Assembly: GCA_965644495.1 (NCBI GenBank) | Contig: CBFFSA010000010.1 | Coordinates: 682,001 to 746,000 of the forward strand | DNA length: 64,000 nt | Reading direction: 5' to 3' | Origin: Perkinsela sp. CCAP 1560/9 | Taxonomy: Eukaryota; Protista; Euglenozoa: Kinetoplastea | Shown here: in pieces, positions 46,900 to 58,618 of the stretch | How the letters are laid out: each line of letters opens with the position of its first letter | Position numbering within the stretch: the first letter of the stretch is position 1 | Made by a program: the position numbers and the translations under genes | Notes under the pieces: generated by a model | The model's input: only the letters and a program-made list of their open reading frames with translations | Database searches by the model: none | What the model was told of the DNA's origin: nothing

Positions 46900-48783
46900 A
46901 TGCCTCGGAAACGCATGTCACATGAAATGGGTGGCATGGACGAATTTACGTCGATAGGAGGACGTCCTGCACTCAGTTGGCTAATGAAAAAAAATAGGTG
47001 GCTTAATTCTCTGTTCGAAAGAGACGGAAACAATGACTTGGCAACAGAGGTTTTTTTTCCGTTCGAACGCCTTGCACAAAGTTATATCGATGCTTCCGTA
47101 AACTAATTTATGGTGGAGGTGGGTCTTTTCCATGCCTCGGAGGCGAAAAGTATAGCTGAAGCAGAAGGAGTTGAAAGAACCTTCATTCTGTGTAAATCAT
47201 TCGGTGAGTTGCATTCTATTGAAGCAGATGGTTTACCTCTTTTTTGGGATAAAAAGACGAATCGAATGCAGTTCCAAATACTAGGTATTCACCATCCTCA
47301 TGCAAATAATAATCTTCCGCAGGTCGAAATCGAACCGGAAGAAGTAAACGAAAACAGAGTTGCAGTACGCAAAAACCTATCTTTAGAGGTAAAGCAGTCG
47401 GTGTGCGATGCCGTTGACTTTTTAATGAGCTGAAGCTCGATATTTGTGCGTAACCGAAGGCCTAGCATTAATGAATCGCATTGGACAAACATTTGCCCAC
47501 GAATCAAGGAACTTTTTTTTCATTTTCTGATCGCATCGATTATCAGTGTATTCGTCGTTGGTGGCAAAGGCGCAATTTGTACGCGCAATCTCTTCAACCT
47601 TTGACAATCAACAACAAGCGCCCAAGCATATTCTCTCATTATGTGGATCTTATTAGTGCACTACTGCTTGAATTATGCCTTCATGGCATTCCAGTGAGCA
47701 AATGTCTTCTTTGGGTTGTAATGAGCGAGACCTTGCGAGAACCTAGTGAAGAATGGAAGGATATAGTTTCTAAAATATTAGATGCATCTCTCGAAAATCA
47801 AAAAGAAAACGATTCACTCAACAGTGAAAGTACAGAACTTATTGCGCCTTTCTGTCCTTCATATCCTACGGTTGTATCTTGGCTCAAGAAAATGAACATT
47901 TATTTTAAGAGTGCCAAAGCCACGATGCAAAGTTCATTTCCCGCAAATATTGAGGAGCTCGGAAGAAACGTGCTCCTTCGTATATGCGATCTAGTTCGGC
48001 AAGAGTGGAATGGACAAATATTCACGTCTTTGCTTGTCAATATGGACGAAACCTCTGTAGCCTACAATTGTCTACCTGAGCGTACCCTCGCTCCGAGCGG
48101 ACTGCAAGTCGGCAGTATGGCACTCGCTGACAAAAGAAGCGCAACGCTGATAGCTACAGCAGCATTTAATGGATGTATTCTTCTTCCGTTCGTAATTTGG
48201 AATGGAAAGGAGCGCCATCGCGGAGCTCATGTACAAACATGTACGGACACAGTACAATGCCAAACGGAAAACCATTATACATGGTTATGGCCTGTATTTT
48301 TTTGGTTATGCCTGTATATCAACAGGCGCGCTTCTTGAATATGTAGAAAAAATTCTCTACCCTTATTACATTGAGCAGGTTTCTGAGCTTCATTTAAAAA
48401 ACAACGAACCGCTAATACTTTTGATAGACTGTTGCAGCGTGCACATCTCGGAAGCCACGAAATCTCAAATAGTCAATGAATGTCGCCATGGCGGAAAATT
48501 TTATTGGATTCGTGTCTTATACATGTATGTCCCAGAAAATTGCCCTGGAAAGCTCCAACCGTGCGATGTTGGAGTTTTTAATCGTCTGAAACCTCAAATC
48601 CGATATCACAGAACTTGCGTTCTTTTCAAATATTGCAAAGAGAAACGTCTGCGTGGTGAACGCATTGGAGATGCGAAATCCCTTGGGGCTCGAATATCGA
48701 AGGGGCAATTGTTGTTTGCTATTGGCGAGGCATTCCAGTGGATGACATCCCCGAAACAAGTACAAGCGACTGTAAATGCATAG
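46900..48783 (+). pseudogene. pogo-like (DDE_1) transposase, multiply disrupted
   Basis: LVNMDET, LPFVIWNGK, LLIDCCSVH and LQPCDVGVF motifs. Confidence 0.82.
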
Positions 48784-50581
48784 GAACGGTGTGGCATTAG
48801 CTTGAATACCTTGAGCGACGCATCGACTACAACCGAAGCATGGGCCCGTAGACGCAACCTGTTCAACGGTATCCCATCAGAAGCAGAAGAAGAGGGGCAA
48901 GAACCAGATTTTGTCGAAATTTCTCAGAACTAGATGTTCTGTCCTCCGTGGGTCTCTCTGCAATAAAATAAAAATAATCTCTCGGAGATGTAAGTTTCAA
49001 TGGGCGTTCAGGTATGGAATATGATTTTTTGATTCTGAATGGGGTATTAATTTTGTAACTCTTCTTTATCTTTTCGAACGGTTAAATTATTTTGCGCGCA
49101 ATCACTAGCCCCAATTATTATATGAGCCATTGTACATTGCTGCAGGTTGCACGGATGAAGAAAAGTTTGTCTGAGTTCTCAATCTTTTTAGTTAATTCGA
49201 CATTCCATTCTAGTATATTTTGATAAATAATAATAATAAATTGTGTACATTTATCATTTATCATTATCAAAATTAATCAGTCGGGGAGTAAATTGTTGCC
49301 AGGTTCTGACGCTAAATAATACACAATCCTGCGGAAGTGGCAGACATGGGTTCGACGCAGGTCGCCAAAAAGTATAATTATGCCCCAGGGCTACGCTCAC
49401 AGTTGGGCCCTTCTCGCAAACGGGGGCTTTTGCCTCTAGATGTGGGCTTCGCTCACAGTTTAGCCTTCCTCGCAAACAGGGGCTTTTGCCTCCGGACGTG
49501 GGCTACGCGAGTTGGGCCTTGCCTCCAGACATGTAAACTTCTCCCCCTAGATCTCCCCCTGGACCCCCCCATGGACTCCCCCCCATGAACCACTCCCCCA
49601 TGGACAACCCCCATAGACCCCCCCCCCCTAGACGCCCCATTTTGGACCACCGGGGCCCCCTTTTATATTTTTTTCTTCCAACTTTTTCTTCTTTATTACC
49701 GTATACCCCCCAGTAATAGAATCGATTTTGGACCCAAATGGTCAAATCTCTGTTACTGGGGGGGGTATGCTTTTTTGGTGGGAAAAGAACTTTTTTGCTC
49801 ATGGGTGCTTTGATTTTCTGTCCAGACAACCCCGCAACTACGCCATTCGCTCCCGCGCAACCACCCTCACCCAGCCCAGCGACCCCCACCCCCTCAAACA
49901 CCCCCTCCCCACTCCAACCACCCTCCCGAGCCAATCCACTCGTTGAGAGGCTGCAAGAAGCCTTTCGGCTACGCAGCGTCGTTGAGAGGCTCTCCTCGCC
50001 GTCCATCCAGCGGGGGCATTCGGCGCGTCTGACGCGCTGCACGGGTGTGCGGAGCGGCGGCCCCTCTTCAACGGAAAGAAGAGTATCCGGCCCTAGCGCC
50101 AGCCGGAAACGGACATACATAAAAGGTTAAGAGTATCAGTGCCCTCCAGAAAATGTGTTAAGTCATATTCTCGCGGTAGTTGTGCTCCGCGCACCTTCCC
50201 TGGGCGTGAGTGGTGCGAGCTACTGCAGGAAGTATCTGCAGTGTGCTAAAGGAAAAAGCTTTCTTGTGATTTTCTACTGCAGGGAAAAAAACACGAACCG
50301 CGTAAAAATTAGAGTCAACGTCGTTGACTATTCGTTGAACGAAGGCGACTTCAGACAAGCACAAATTTGCAAAGGATTATGAATAATCAGTTGTACTATA
50401 TCTACCTAAGAGGATACAAAAATAGAACGAAATATAAAATTTGACTACAATTCCGTCTCATACATGGCAGATCTTTTCGTCCAGAAAAGACAGTTCTTGG
50501 TAGACATATGAAGGGTTGTGGGTGTCACACTTAAGCTTGCGTGATCTCAGTTTGCTCGTTACCCACAACATCTCACACATG

Positions 50582-53500
50582 TGAGGAGCTGCGAGTGAGG
50601 CCCAAAAAGAGATCACTTGAGATCACGCGAGATCACACACACACACACACAACACTGAAGGCATTACCCTTCAGTTGAGAAACTGTTCAAGCTTCACTAA
50701 ATATATGCTCCTAAAACTAGAACTAATAGAATTTGATTCCCACACCATCGTGCGCCCTATTGGTAGATATATTTTTCCATTACTTTCGTTTTGAGTACAC
50801 CACTGAGTTTACAGGTTGGATGTTCGGAAATGTTTCTTTTCGCTTTGTTCAAATTCTGCGTTAGCAAGCGAAGACGCGGTGTCTAGTAACTTACCTTTTC
50901 TCTTACGCCGCATCCGACGCTCCTCACGGGTTGGGTTCGTGGTTTTCTTTTCTATTGTTTTAAGGCACGCTATCCACTCATATTCGGAGTGGGCCGATTC
51001 ATTTCCTCGGTTCAGGTTTTTTCTTCGTTTAGAAATAGGTTCCGAACTAACGAGCTTTTTACTTAAGGTATCCGCTTCTTCATTCCATTTATTCCCACAA
51101 TGGCCTCGGACCTTAATAAAGGTGATGGTTCTCCCCTGACAATGCGCTGATCGAATAAAACTATCCAGAAAACTAAGCAGATCGGAATTCGATCCTTCAA
51201 AACCAACCAGTCGATCTTTCCTTCGGCGCATATTTACAAAATTCCACACATAATACGAATCTGTGTGTACAACAACATTTTCAACTTCTTTTAGTTTACT
51301 CAAACCAAATAGGGCAGCGTGAATTTCGGCTCTTTCAGGAGATTTGGTTTCCAGGTAGGATAGGGAGGACGAAAAACTTTCATGCTTCTCTGCGTTTACT
51401 ATTACACATCCAACTGCTACCTTTACCCTTGTGTCCGTATCATCGGAGATAGAAGCATTCACGTACGCATGCATTTCCTCTGGTTTTACAGGAAAAGGGG
51501 TTTCCCCTTCTTCGATAAATTGTAATTTATTACACACTGTTTCTTTTAAAGCGTTTTTGTATGCTAGTTTCCATTTAGGACTTTTGTAGCCAATATAAGA
51601 CTCTGAGGGCTCGAGTCTCTCTGAGAGGTTTTCAATTAATTTGGCCCAGTGTGCGCGATCAGAGGCATATACAAGCATTTCTTCCATCTCAATCCCAAGG
51701 TCTTGTGCGCATGCTTCGGAAGGCGATGGAAATCTCGCCTTTTCCCGGGAGCCCCATCCTACTAAAGAGCGGTAGATCTCAGAGTGCCTAATTTGGTGAC
51801 CCACAAGGCGCGCCCGATTAATACGATGTATTGTATTGAAATGTAGCGTGTTGTGGTACAGAGATTCAATAGGATAACAATGCCCATTCTCATCAACTCC
51901 TACGGCGTCACACACGATGCGCCTCATGTTGTTTACTTGTACTTCAACGTTTCTCACCTGCGATGCCGATATCACCATGGATGACGTACCGTAGTTTAGT
52001 ATGGGATAGACAAGGGTGTCAAAAATTCGAAGCTTAGCCTTTACGCGAAGAGGCGAGATCCAAATACCTCGTAGTTTGCTAAAACACGCCCACGTCAAAC
52101 GTAATCTGTCGGTTAATGTTAATTTAGGCTCGGTTTCATGCTGAACATGCCCCAGATGGCGGTACGATTTTACTTTCGGAATGTTCCCACAAGTTGATGA
52201 AAGGAGATCGCCATCCTTATTCTCATTCTTCGAGATGGACATCCATGCCGTTTTGTTGACACCAGCGGCTATACTCAAATTAGCTTTGGATGCTTCAGTA
52301 GCGACGCTGTCGACCATCCTTTCTAATGAACGTTTGGAGTCGGAAAACAGGATCAAATCATCAGCGTAATCAATATCAGTCACTCGTGTTGATTTATATC
52401 CACGTTTTCTGGTTCCGGCGGAGCTCAGCGTTAGTCCATCATCTTTAATTTTCAATGCCGCGTGAAGGATGCGATCGAGAACCATGATAAATAAATACGG
52501 AGCCAGCACATCCCCTTGCAAAATACCCGAGGTAATAGGAAAGGAGCTGGTTTTCCCAAACGGGGTACGTACAATGGCCTCTAAGCCCTCGTAGGCCGAC
52601 ATTGCAAGGGTTGTCATTCGAGGTCCTACGTGGAACGAATGTAACGCTGCCCTGATAGATGAGTGTGAAAGCGATGGAAAGGCACTCGCGAAGTCGATGA
52701 AAGCAATCATGACATTTTCGTGACTTCGATTCCGTCTTGATTTCGTGAGGATTTCATTGAGAATAATTTGGGCTCCACAGGTGGACCTCTCCGGGCGGAA
52801 ACCATATTGATTTTCCCGTAGAACTCGCTCGGTCGAGGGCCGAATACGATTCAAAATCATACCGTTAATTAGCTTGAGGATAACGTTGACAAGACATATT
52901 GGGCGCCAATTCCGCAGCTCGGAAAGATCACTTTTTTTCGGTACGGGGACTTGCAGAACGGTTTTCCAGAGATGGTGCGTCTTTCCCGTTTCAAGGGCTT
53001 TGTTGATGATTCCAAGAAGGAGATGGCGTAAAGAATTTTCTTCGAGTATGGATATGTACGCTTCCGCTGGTATCTCGTCGAGTCCTGGAGCTTTTCCTCG
53101 TTTAAGTCTACGCGCAGCGCATGCAAGTTCATCTTCTGTGAAAGGTGAATCCATGATTTCTCCTTCAAAGTTTTTGGCCTCATCAAATTCAACTTTTGTG
53201 TCTCCAACACCTCGGTTAGCAATTTTAGAGAAGAAGTCCTTAACGGCTGCTAGTCGTTTCCGGTTTGATTGACCTGCGCAATAATTAAAAACTGTTTTCC
53301 TCATTCCGCATATTTCGCGAATGAATCTCCAAGGGCTGGAATGGTTTTTCCGTAGTTTTTCTTGGAGAATTGCACATTCAGCTTCAATTGTGTCCTCAAT
53401 TTGCTCACGGCTCTTGTCTACAAGACCTTTGAATGTATGCGCATTTCGACTAGATTTGTACAGGGCGCTGAGTGATAATATTTCCTCTTGTTTGTTTGTT

Positions 53501-54597
53501 TCTTCTCGTTGCCCATTGGATTTACTTAAGTCACTTGGTGCATCGAAATCCGGAAGTGTTTTCTGTGCCGCATATAGTATCCCCTCTGATAAAACCTCCC
53601 ACGGGTCGGGTCTTCCCTCTCCGATTACTTTGAAAACAGCTTGTTGGGTACATTTATTGAATTCCTTGCAAATATTTTCTGATTTTAGGTTGTACCATGG
53701 CAAATGATTGCCAGGTTGTGTTTCATGCGCTTTCCACTTAATCTTGAGACGGGTGACAACCGAGCAGTGCTGCGTTGGGAAAGGAGCAAGTAAAACTTTA
53801 TGATGTTGTATTGCTGACGCGTATCGATTGGAAATTATAATATGATCTAATTGTCTCTCAGCGCCATTGGGAAGTTTACAAGTCCACTTTCGAGAGCTTG
53901 GTGAGAGAGTGTGGGCAGACTTGCAACCAACGTCTACAAGTAAGGCGCGAAATCGAGCTACAGCTGCTTTGTCTTCAGCAGTTTTGTTGACCAGCGTTAA
54001 AGGGGAATTAAAATCTCCAATTAAGATCGTAGGTCGTTGGGGGTTCGTGGATTCAAGATCGCGAACGGCCTTTCTTAAAGAAGCGTCGAAGGTAGATTTC
54101 ATTTCCTTAGAAGAATCCCTAATGGGACCGTACACATTGAATAGTGTAGCGTTCCCGTTTTCCCAAGGAAACTGTGCAGTCATAATCCGTTCTGAGATAA
54201 CCCGCACCTTTTCCAATGGAAAAGTACTAACGAGCGCCATTCCGTTGTAAGAACGGTCGGACGTTGCTGAGGAAAAATATAAGTAATACGTAACGCCGGT
54301 GTCCTCCGTTTGCTGACGTAGAATCTCACCAAAGAGACGAGAATCAAAACGGAACCTCGTTTCCTGCAACCCCAGTATGTGAATCCTCTTGCTACTCATA
54401 AGGTTCAATATTTCCTTCAATCGGACACACGATCGAATAGAAAACAAATCCCCCCCCTCTAATTTTAATGAGGTCACATTCAGGGTCGCTATGGACAACT
54501 TCTCCTTCCGCGAGATCTCCGGGAGCGGATTTGGCTCGGGAGGGCGGTTGGACGATGTCAAAACGAGATCACGTGAGATCATACCCGCAGCCCCTCA
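50582..54597. mobile_element. TIR shell enclosing the LINE
   Basis: TG|TGAGGAGCTGCGAGT ... ACCCGCAGCCCCTCA|TG; GAGATCAC repeats inside both ends; same TIR family as 7452..11151. Confidence 0.75.
50809..54582 (-). CDS. Non-LTR retrotransposon polyprotein: AP endonuclease, reverse transcriptase and RNase H
   Basis: ATLNV, LGLQET, IGDFN, LDHII; KAPGLD, WRPICL, QYGFRP, FIDFASAF, GILQGDVLAPYLF, YADD; RNase H VHTDS and KVRGHCG..NEEAD. (TG)n tail at ~50637..50650. Confidence 0.96.
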   Translation of the reverse strand: MISRDLVLTSSNRPPEPNPLPEISRKEKLSIATLNVTSLKLEGGDLFSIRSCVRLKEILNLMSSKRIHILGLQETRFRFDSRLFGEILRQQTEDTGVTYYLYFSSATSDRSYNGMALVSTFPLEKVRVISERIMTAQFPWENGNATLFNVYGPIRDSSKEMKSTFDASLRKAVRDLESTNPQRPTILIGDFNSPLTLVNKTAEDKAAVARFRALLVDVGCKSAHTLSPSSRKWTCKLPNGAERQLDHIIISNRYASAIQHHKVLLAPFPTQHCSVVTRLKIKWKAHETQPGNHLPWYNLKSENICKEFNKCTQQAVFKVIGEGRPDPWEVLSEGILYAAQKTLPDFDAPSDLSKSNGQREETNKQEEILSLSALYKSSRNAHTFKGLVDKSREQIEDTIEAECAILQEKLRKNHSSPWRFIREICGMRKTVFNYCAGQSNRKRLAAVKDFFSKIANRGVGDTKVEFDEAKNFEGEIMDSPFTEDELACAARRLKRGKAPGLDEIPAEAYISILEENSLRHLLLGIINKALETGKTHHLWKTVLQVPVPKKSDLSELRNWRPICLVNVILKLINGMILNRIRPSTERVLRENQYGFRPERSTCGAQIILNEILTKSRRNRSHENVMIAFIDFASAFPSLSHSSIRAALHSFHVGPRMTTLAMSAYEGLEAIVRTPFGKTSSFPITSGILQGDVLAPYLFIMVLDRILHAALKIKDDGLTLSSAGTRKRGYKSTRVTDIDYADDLILFSDSKRSLERMVDSVATEASKANLSIAAGVNKTAWMSISKNENKDGDLLSSTCGNIPKVKSYRHLGHVQHETEPKLTLTDRLRLTWACFSKLRGIWISPLRVKAKLRIFDTLVYPILNYGTSSMVISASQVRNVEVQVNNMRRIVCDAVGVDENGHCYPIESLYHNTLHFNTIHRINRARLVGHQIRHSEIYRSLVGWGSREKARFPSPSEACAQDLGIEMEEMLVYASDRAHWAKLIENLSERLEPSESYIGYKSPKWKLAYKNALKETVCNKLQFIEEGETPFPVKPEEMHAYVNASISDDTDTRVKVAVGCVIVNAEKHESFSSSLSYLETKSPERAEIHAALFGLSKLKEVENVVVHTDSYYVWNFVNMRRRKDRLVGFEGSNSDLLSFLDSFIRSAHCQGRTITFIKVRGHCGNKWNEEADTLSKKLVSSEPISKRRKNLNRGNESAHSEYEWIACLKTIEKKTTNPTREERRMRRKRKGKLLDTASSLANAEFEQSEKKHFRTSNL

Positions 54598-54885
54598 TGT
54601 GTCCATTTTTTAGGCTTTTCGTTAAATACAACGGTAGCTTTGTGCAACGTGCAGACAATGCCGGTGAACTTACCATTGAAAACAACCACCAGGTTTAACG
54701 AAACTTCTAAACGAGCATTACAACGCGCAAAAATTCGGAAGAATGCTTACAAGCTCAAATATATCTAATGGAAAGATCCACAGAAAACTTCTAAAAGCTA
54801 AGGAACAATGTTACATAAACAGAATAATGCCTAGTGAATGGCTTAAACAAAGAATTGAAGCATGAAACACAGAAAACACACCTGA

Positions 54886-56754
54886 TCATTTTTTGATTTT
54901 TTGAACGTGGTGACTTTGAAATAAAAGCGATCCATCGGAGCTCAAGTCCGAATCGGATGTGCACTCAGAACTATCCGTCCCATCTGACTCCCCAGCTAAA
55001 TAAAACCCTTGAGGTGCGCCTGAAGTAGGCTGGGTTTTTGTGTTTGATAAACGGTCAGGCCTCGTGCCCTCGGGTGTTGAGGAAGAACGTCCTGCGCGTT
55101 TTGTGCTCTCTTGGAATTTACGCTGAACCGCCTCAGTGATTTGCTTTGTACCCAATCGCAGGGCTTTGCGGGGAGAAATATTTCTTGTTTCTACTTTTTC
55201 GCGGGTTGCAGGAAGCTTTTCGTTTGTTGACGGTGTTGAGTTAAGTCCCACTGGATCTGGTAAAGTGACACCCGTTTTGATGCGCGATTTCTTTGTATGC
55301 TTGGATGGTAGAACTACCGGGGAGGCGTCGAGAAGTAATTTAGAGGCGGATGTCTCAAGGTTTCCCTGTTTTCTATCGCGCTTTGTTGATTTTGATTTTT
55401 CTTTGGAGGATTTTCTCTCAACGGGAGACTCAGCATACGAAGGCTGGGCGGCGATCTGAGGCTTTTTAGAGGGAGAAAAGAATTTATCAATCACTGAATT
55501 TTTAACGTTCTTGCTCGCTGTTTCTTGCTCTTGGAGAATTATAATATCCGTTCGAGGCCTCAAGGCGTTTTCTTGTCTTTCTTTGTTTTTAGATTTTTTC
55601 TTTTTCACCTCTTCGGCCGATGCAGAAACATCTGCGGGTAATAAGCAATTCCATCCGGTTGAATTTGACGTCGCCTCAACATTGCTGATAATATTGTCCT
55701 CGGAAGCTCTGACATCATCTTTTTTGTGGAGCACCTTCCAAGTTGCCTGCAAGTTCTGGGCTTTTTCCCATTGTACAAAGGGAATAGAATCTTCTTCTGA
55801 GGGGCTGAGCTCAGAATGCTTTGATTTCACCTCCATGTCCTTTGGTTTTGCTTTTGTTTCAGCATCTGTCGCTTTGGCAGATTTTGGAGAATGTGATTTC
55901 ATAGTCTTCGTGGTGTGCGACGCATGTCCACTTACCTGGGGTATCTCATCTTTTTGTTTTTGTGGCTTTTTTTTATCTTTCATTCTTTCTGAATCACGAG
56001 ATTTCTTAGTCTTGTGTGTCCCTAGCAATTGAGGTGCAACTTCCATTGCTGTTGACAAATCATTTTCCGGTTGAATCTCCCTTTTACCTGATACCGCGGC
56101 ACTGGATAAACCAAATGATTTCAATGTTTCTTCCTTTGACGTGATCCCCGATTTCTGATTTTCCTTATCGTCGTCGGTTATTTGGACTGCCTTCTTCTTT
56201 CCTTTTCTCGGCGAAACAGCCAAGGATTCCGTATCGAGCTCTCGCGATCCCTTTGCGGAATGTGAAGGCCCTAGCGGCTTTTCCACACTCGAGGGTTGTC
56301 TATTTTTTTCTTCCGTGTGAAAGCTCTCCGTACACAACGCATGGGCTTTTTCAAGCCCATTGCGATGTAAATAATCCAAAATAAAACTTTCCAGCGCAAC
56401 AGAACGGGAATGTGAAGCATTTTGCGAAACTAATTTTTCAGGTTCCTGTGCGGGTAAGAGACTTGACGAAGCGGAAGACATCATGGGATATAGCCAACGA
56501 GCATCGGGAACAAAATTTCCTTGTGGATAAAATCCCTGAGGCATCGATAGCGGAAATGGGGAAAACGCACTTGTATGCGGAGGAGCTGAAAAGGGAGGCA
56601 GCGTGGTCGTGGGGAGGGGATAGTACAATACAGGGGGGAAGGGGTGAGTGGGGGCTTCCGTGGCTGCTATCGGGGAGTTAAGGGGAAGTGAATTGGGAGG
56701 AATTTGGGTTGGTGTGGGTCTGAGAGGTGTGGTGACGTCCGCGGGGGTAGACAT
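54886..56754 (-). CDS. Hypothetical low-complexity Lys/Ser-rich protein with a LisH-like motif
   Basis: 622-aa open frame; LESFILDYLHRNGLEKAHAL resembles LisH; lies outside the LINE boundaries. Confidence 0.65.
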   Translation of the reverse strand: MSTPADVTTPLRPTPTQIPPNSLPLNSPIAATEAPTHPFPPVLYYPLPTTTLPPFSAPPHTSAFSPFPLSMPQGFYPQGNFVPDARWLYPMMSSASSSLLPAQEPEKLVSQNASHSRSVALESFILDYLHRNGLEKAHALCTESFHTEEKNRQPSSVEKPLGPSHSAKGSRELDTESLAVSPRKGKKKAVQITDDDKENQKSGITSKEETLKSFGLSSAAVSGKREIQPENDLSTAMEVAPQLLGTHKTKKSRDSERMKDKKKPQKQKDEIPQVSGHASHTTKTMKSHSPKSAKATDAETKAKPKDMEVKSKHSELSPSEEDSIPFVQWEKAQNLQATWKVLHKKDDVRASEDNIISNVEATSNSTGWNCLLPADVSASAEEVKKKKSKNKERQENALRPRTDIIILQEQETASKNVKNSVIDKFFSPSKKPQIAAQPSYAESPVERKSSKEKSKSTKRDRKQGNLETSASKLLLDASPVVLPSKHTKKSRIKTGVTLPDPVGLNSTPSTNEKLPATREKVETRNISPRKALRLGTKQITEAVQRKFQESTKRAGRSSSTPEGTRPDRLSNTKTQPTSGAPQGFYLAGESDGTDSSECTSDSDLSSDGSLLFQSHHVQKIKK

Positions 56755-57065
56755 GGTGATGTGAGAAAAGATGTGAAGAAATGGATTGAGCTAGGTTTTA
56801 AAAAACGGTTTCGATACTTTTTTATTGCATCGCAAGCAATAAAAATGAGCATGGGAGATAATTTTTTTCTAATCCTTCAAGGAAGGAATCTAAAAAAAAT
56901 CTTTATTGGGAATTTGGCAGGAAGAGAACAAAATGGCAAACCGTTCGTTCTAGTTATTCTTTTAGGACTTTTTTATATAGAGGTCGAGTAAGAACAATGC
57001 AGCGATTAACGCAATGCGTCGTTTTTATTGCTCTAAAATTTATGTGCAATTTTTGGGGAGAATTT

Positions 57066-57653
57066 CTACTGTTCAGAATCCGGTACGACAATTCGAATCT
57101 GTGTTCCTTTTATTGAGAGGCAAAGATCATCTCCTATTTCTGATAGGTTCAATACTCCTTCAAGTCCAGAATTCTCGTTCACATTAAGAAATCGGAGTGT
57201 AGAGGGAAGCTTTGAAAAATCAACCACACCCGTGAAAAAATTCTCAAAAAGAAAGAGGGTATCCATTAAAGGTGGAAGTTGGGTAAAGTCAAGCTCCCCA
57301 AAATGGGCATTTTTACCGATATTCAGAATTTGAAAATTCTGAGGCAGGGCGCCAAGAGGCAACTTGCCAGATAGATAATTTCCTGTGGCGTAAAATTGTA
57401 AAGTGGAAGAAGGAAGATATAACCATTGAAAACGGCCTTTTAAAAGTCGCTCGGACCAATCGATATCTGAGATTTTACCATCCCTATTACACGCAACTCC
57501 ATCCCAACTGCAAACAGGAACCTCATTCGTCCATGAACTGTGGACACATGAGACGTTCTTAATAAATTGCATGATGTCAAATTCTTGCGGAAATTGGCAG
57601 CCTCTCGTTCGTCCAGCGCGACTCAAAGGTGTGGGAGCGTCTTCAGTGTTCAT
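57066..57653 (-). CDS. Short LRR protein, family copy 5
   Basis: SRAGRTRGCQFPQEFDI, CSWDGVAC and LRRs; first ATG at 57653. Confidence 0.87.
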   Translation of the reverse strand: MNTEDAPTPLSRAGRTRGCQFPQEFDIMQFIKNVSCVHSSWTNEVPVCSWDGVACNRDGKISDIDWSERLLKGRFQWLYLPSSTLQFYATGNYLSGKLPLGALPQNFQILNIGKNAHFGELDFTQLPPLMDTLFLFENFFTGVVDFSKLPSTLRFLNVNENSGLEGVLNLSEIGDDLCLSIKGTQIRIVVPDSEQ

Positions 57654-57777
57654 GACTTGTGGTGTAAAAACGTGAATCAAATAACGATTTTAGTTAATAA
57701 CACAAAGAAGGAAAAAAAAATTGATCCCTTCTATCTCAAAGTAACGCAATAAAATTTTTCACTCACCAAATACGTTT

Positions 57778-58089
57778 TCAAACGTTTGAATCCTTCAGTG
57801 TGGTGGTAGAATTTCCACCACTCACATTTTCATTACTTTTCAAAGTCTCTGTAATGTGATGCATTTCCCCCAGCAAAGCTCTTTCTGTGGAAGAAAAAGC
57901 ACCAAAGTCAAGAATGTCTTTCAAAAAAGAATCTTGTGCAGTTTCCTTCGAGCAGTCTTCAAGAAAGGAACAAAAACGGCGGTAGGGATCATTGTCTTCA
58001 TTTGGGGATTCAGCACTTTCAGTTTGCGCCTCGGTGGAATCGAAGTCCGCAAGAGAAGGGTCAATGGGAACGTAATTTCTAAATTTCAT
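57778..58089 (-). CDS. Cwf18/CCDC12-like splicing factor
   Basis: N-terminal MKFRNYVPIDPSL matches the family's FRNYxPxD motif; the remainder is divergent. Confidence 0.5.
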   Translation of the reverse strand: MKFRNYVPIDPSLADFDSTEAQTESAESPNEDNDPYRRFCSFLEDCSKETAQDSFLKDILDFGAFSSTERALLGEMHHITETLKSNENVSGGNSTTTLKDSNV

Positions 58090-58618
58090 CAATTAAGTAT
58101 CAAAAAAAGACAAGGAGCGTACTAATAAAAAAACGTGCCTTTTTTGAGATAGGAAAGTTCTGAACTATTTCGAATATCTCTTATGAAGCCAAAATCTGAT
58201 CATTCACTTATATATGAACCAAATGTTTCCTTCGTCAATGCGCCACAATGTACTATAACTTAGCTATTTACTAGTCAATCTGCCGATGATCTATCTGCCA
58301 AAGTTCGTGTCGTTTTCCAAATGTGCCACAATCTGTATAGCCAAAATACCAGTCCTACTTCTATAGTTTCTCGGCCTAAACTACTCTCACCTTATCACTG
58401 AATATTACTTACAAGTCTAAACCCTACGTCAAAACAACATTTCGAAAAAAAATCGGAGCATCAAATTTGACAAAAGAAATGTTTAAAGGCAGCAAACTTT
58501 ATTCCTTTTTTATTCCTTTTTTCTTCTCCGCACAAAAAGAAAATACTTTTTTACACTTAAAGAAACATTTATTTACTCTCTTCTTTTTTCCCTTTACGTC
58601 ATTTCTTCATCCCTTTTT

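Noticed and set aside
54886-56754. ORF1/gag of the LINE
   Set aside because: It lies beyond the LINE's apparent TSD and the enclosing TIR, and has no zinc knuckle or RRM; it fits the host minus-strand cluster.
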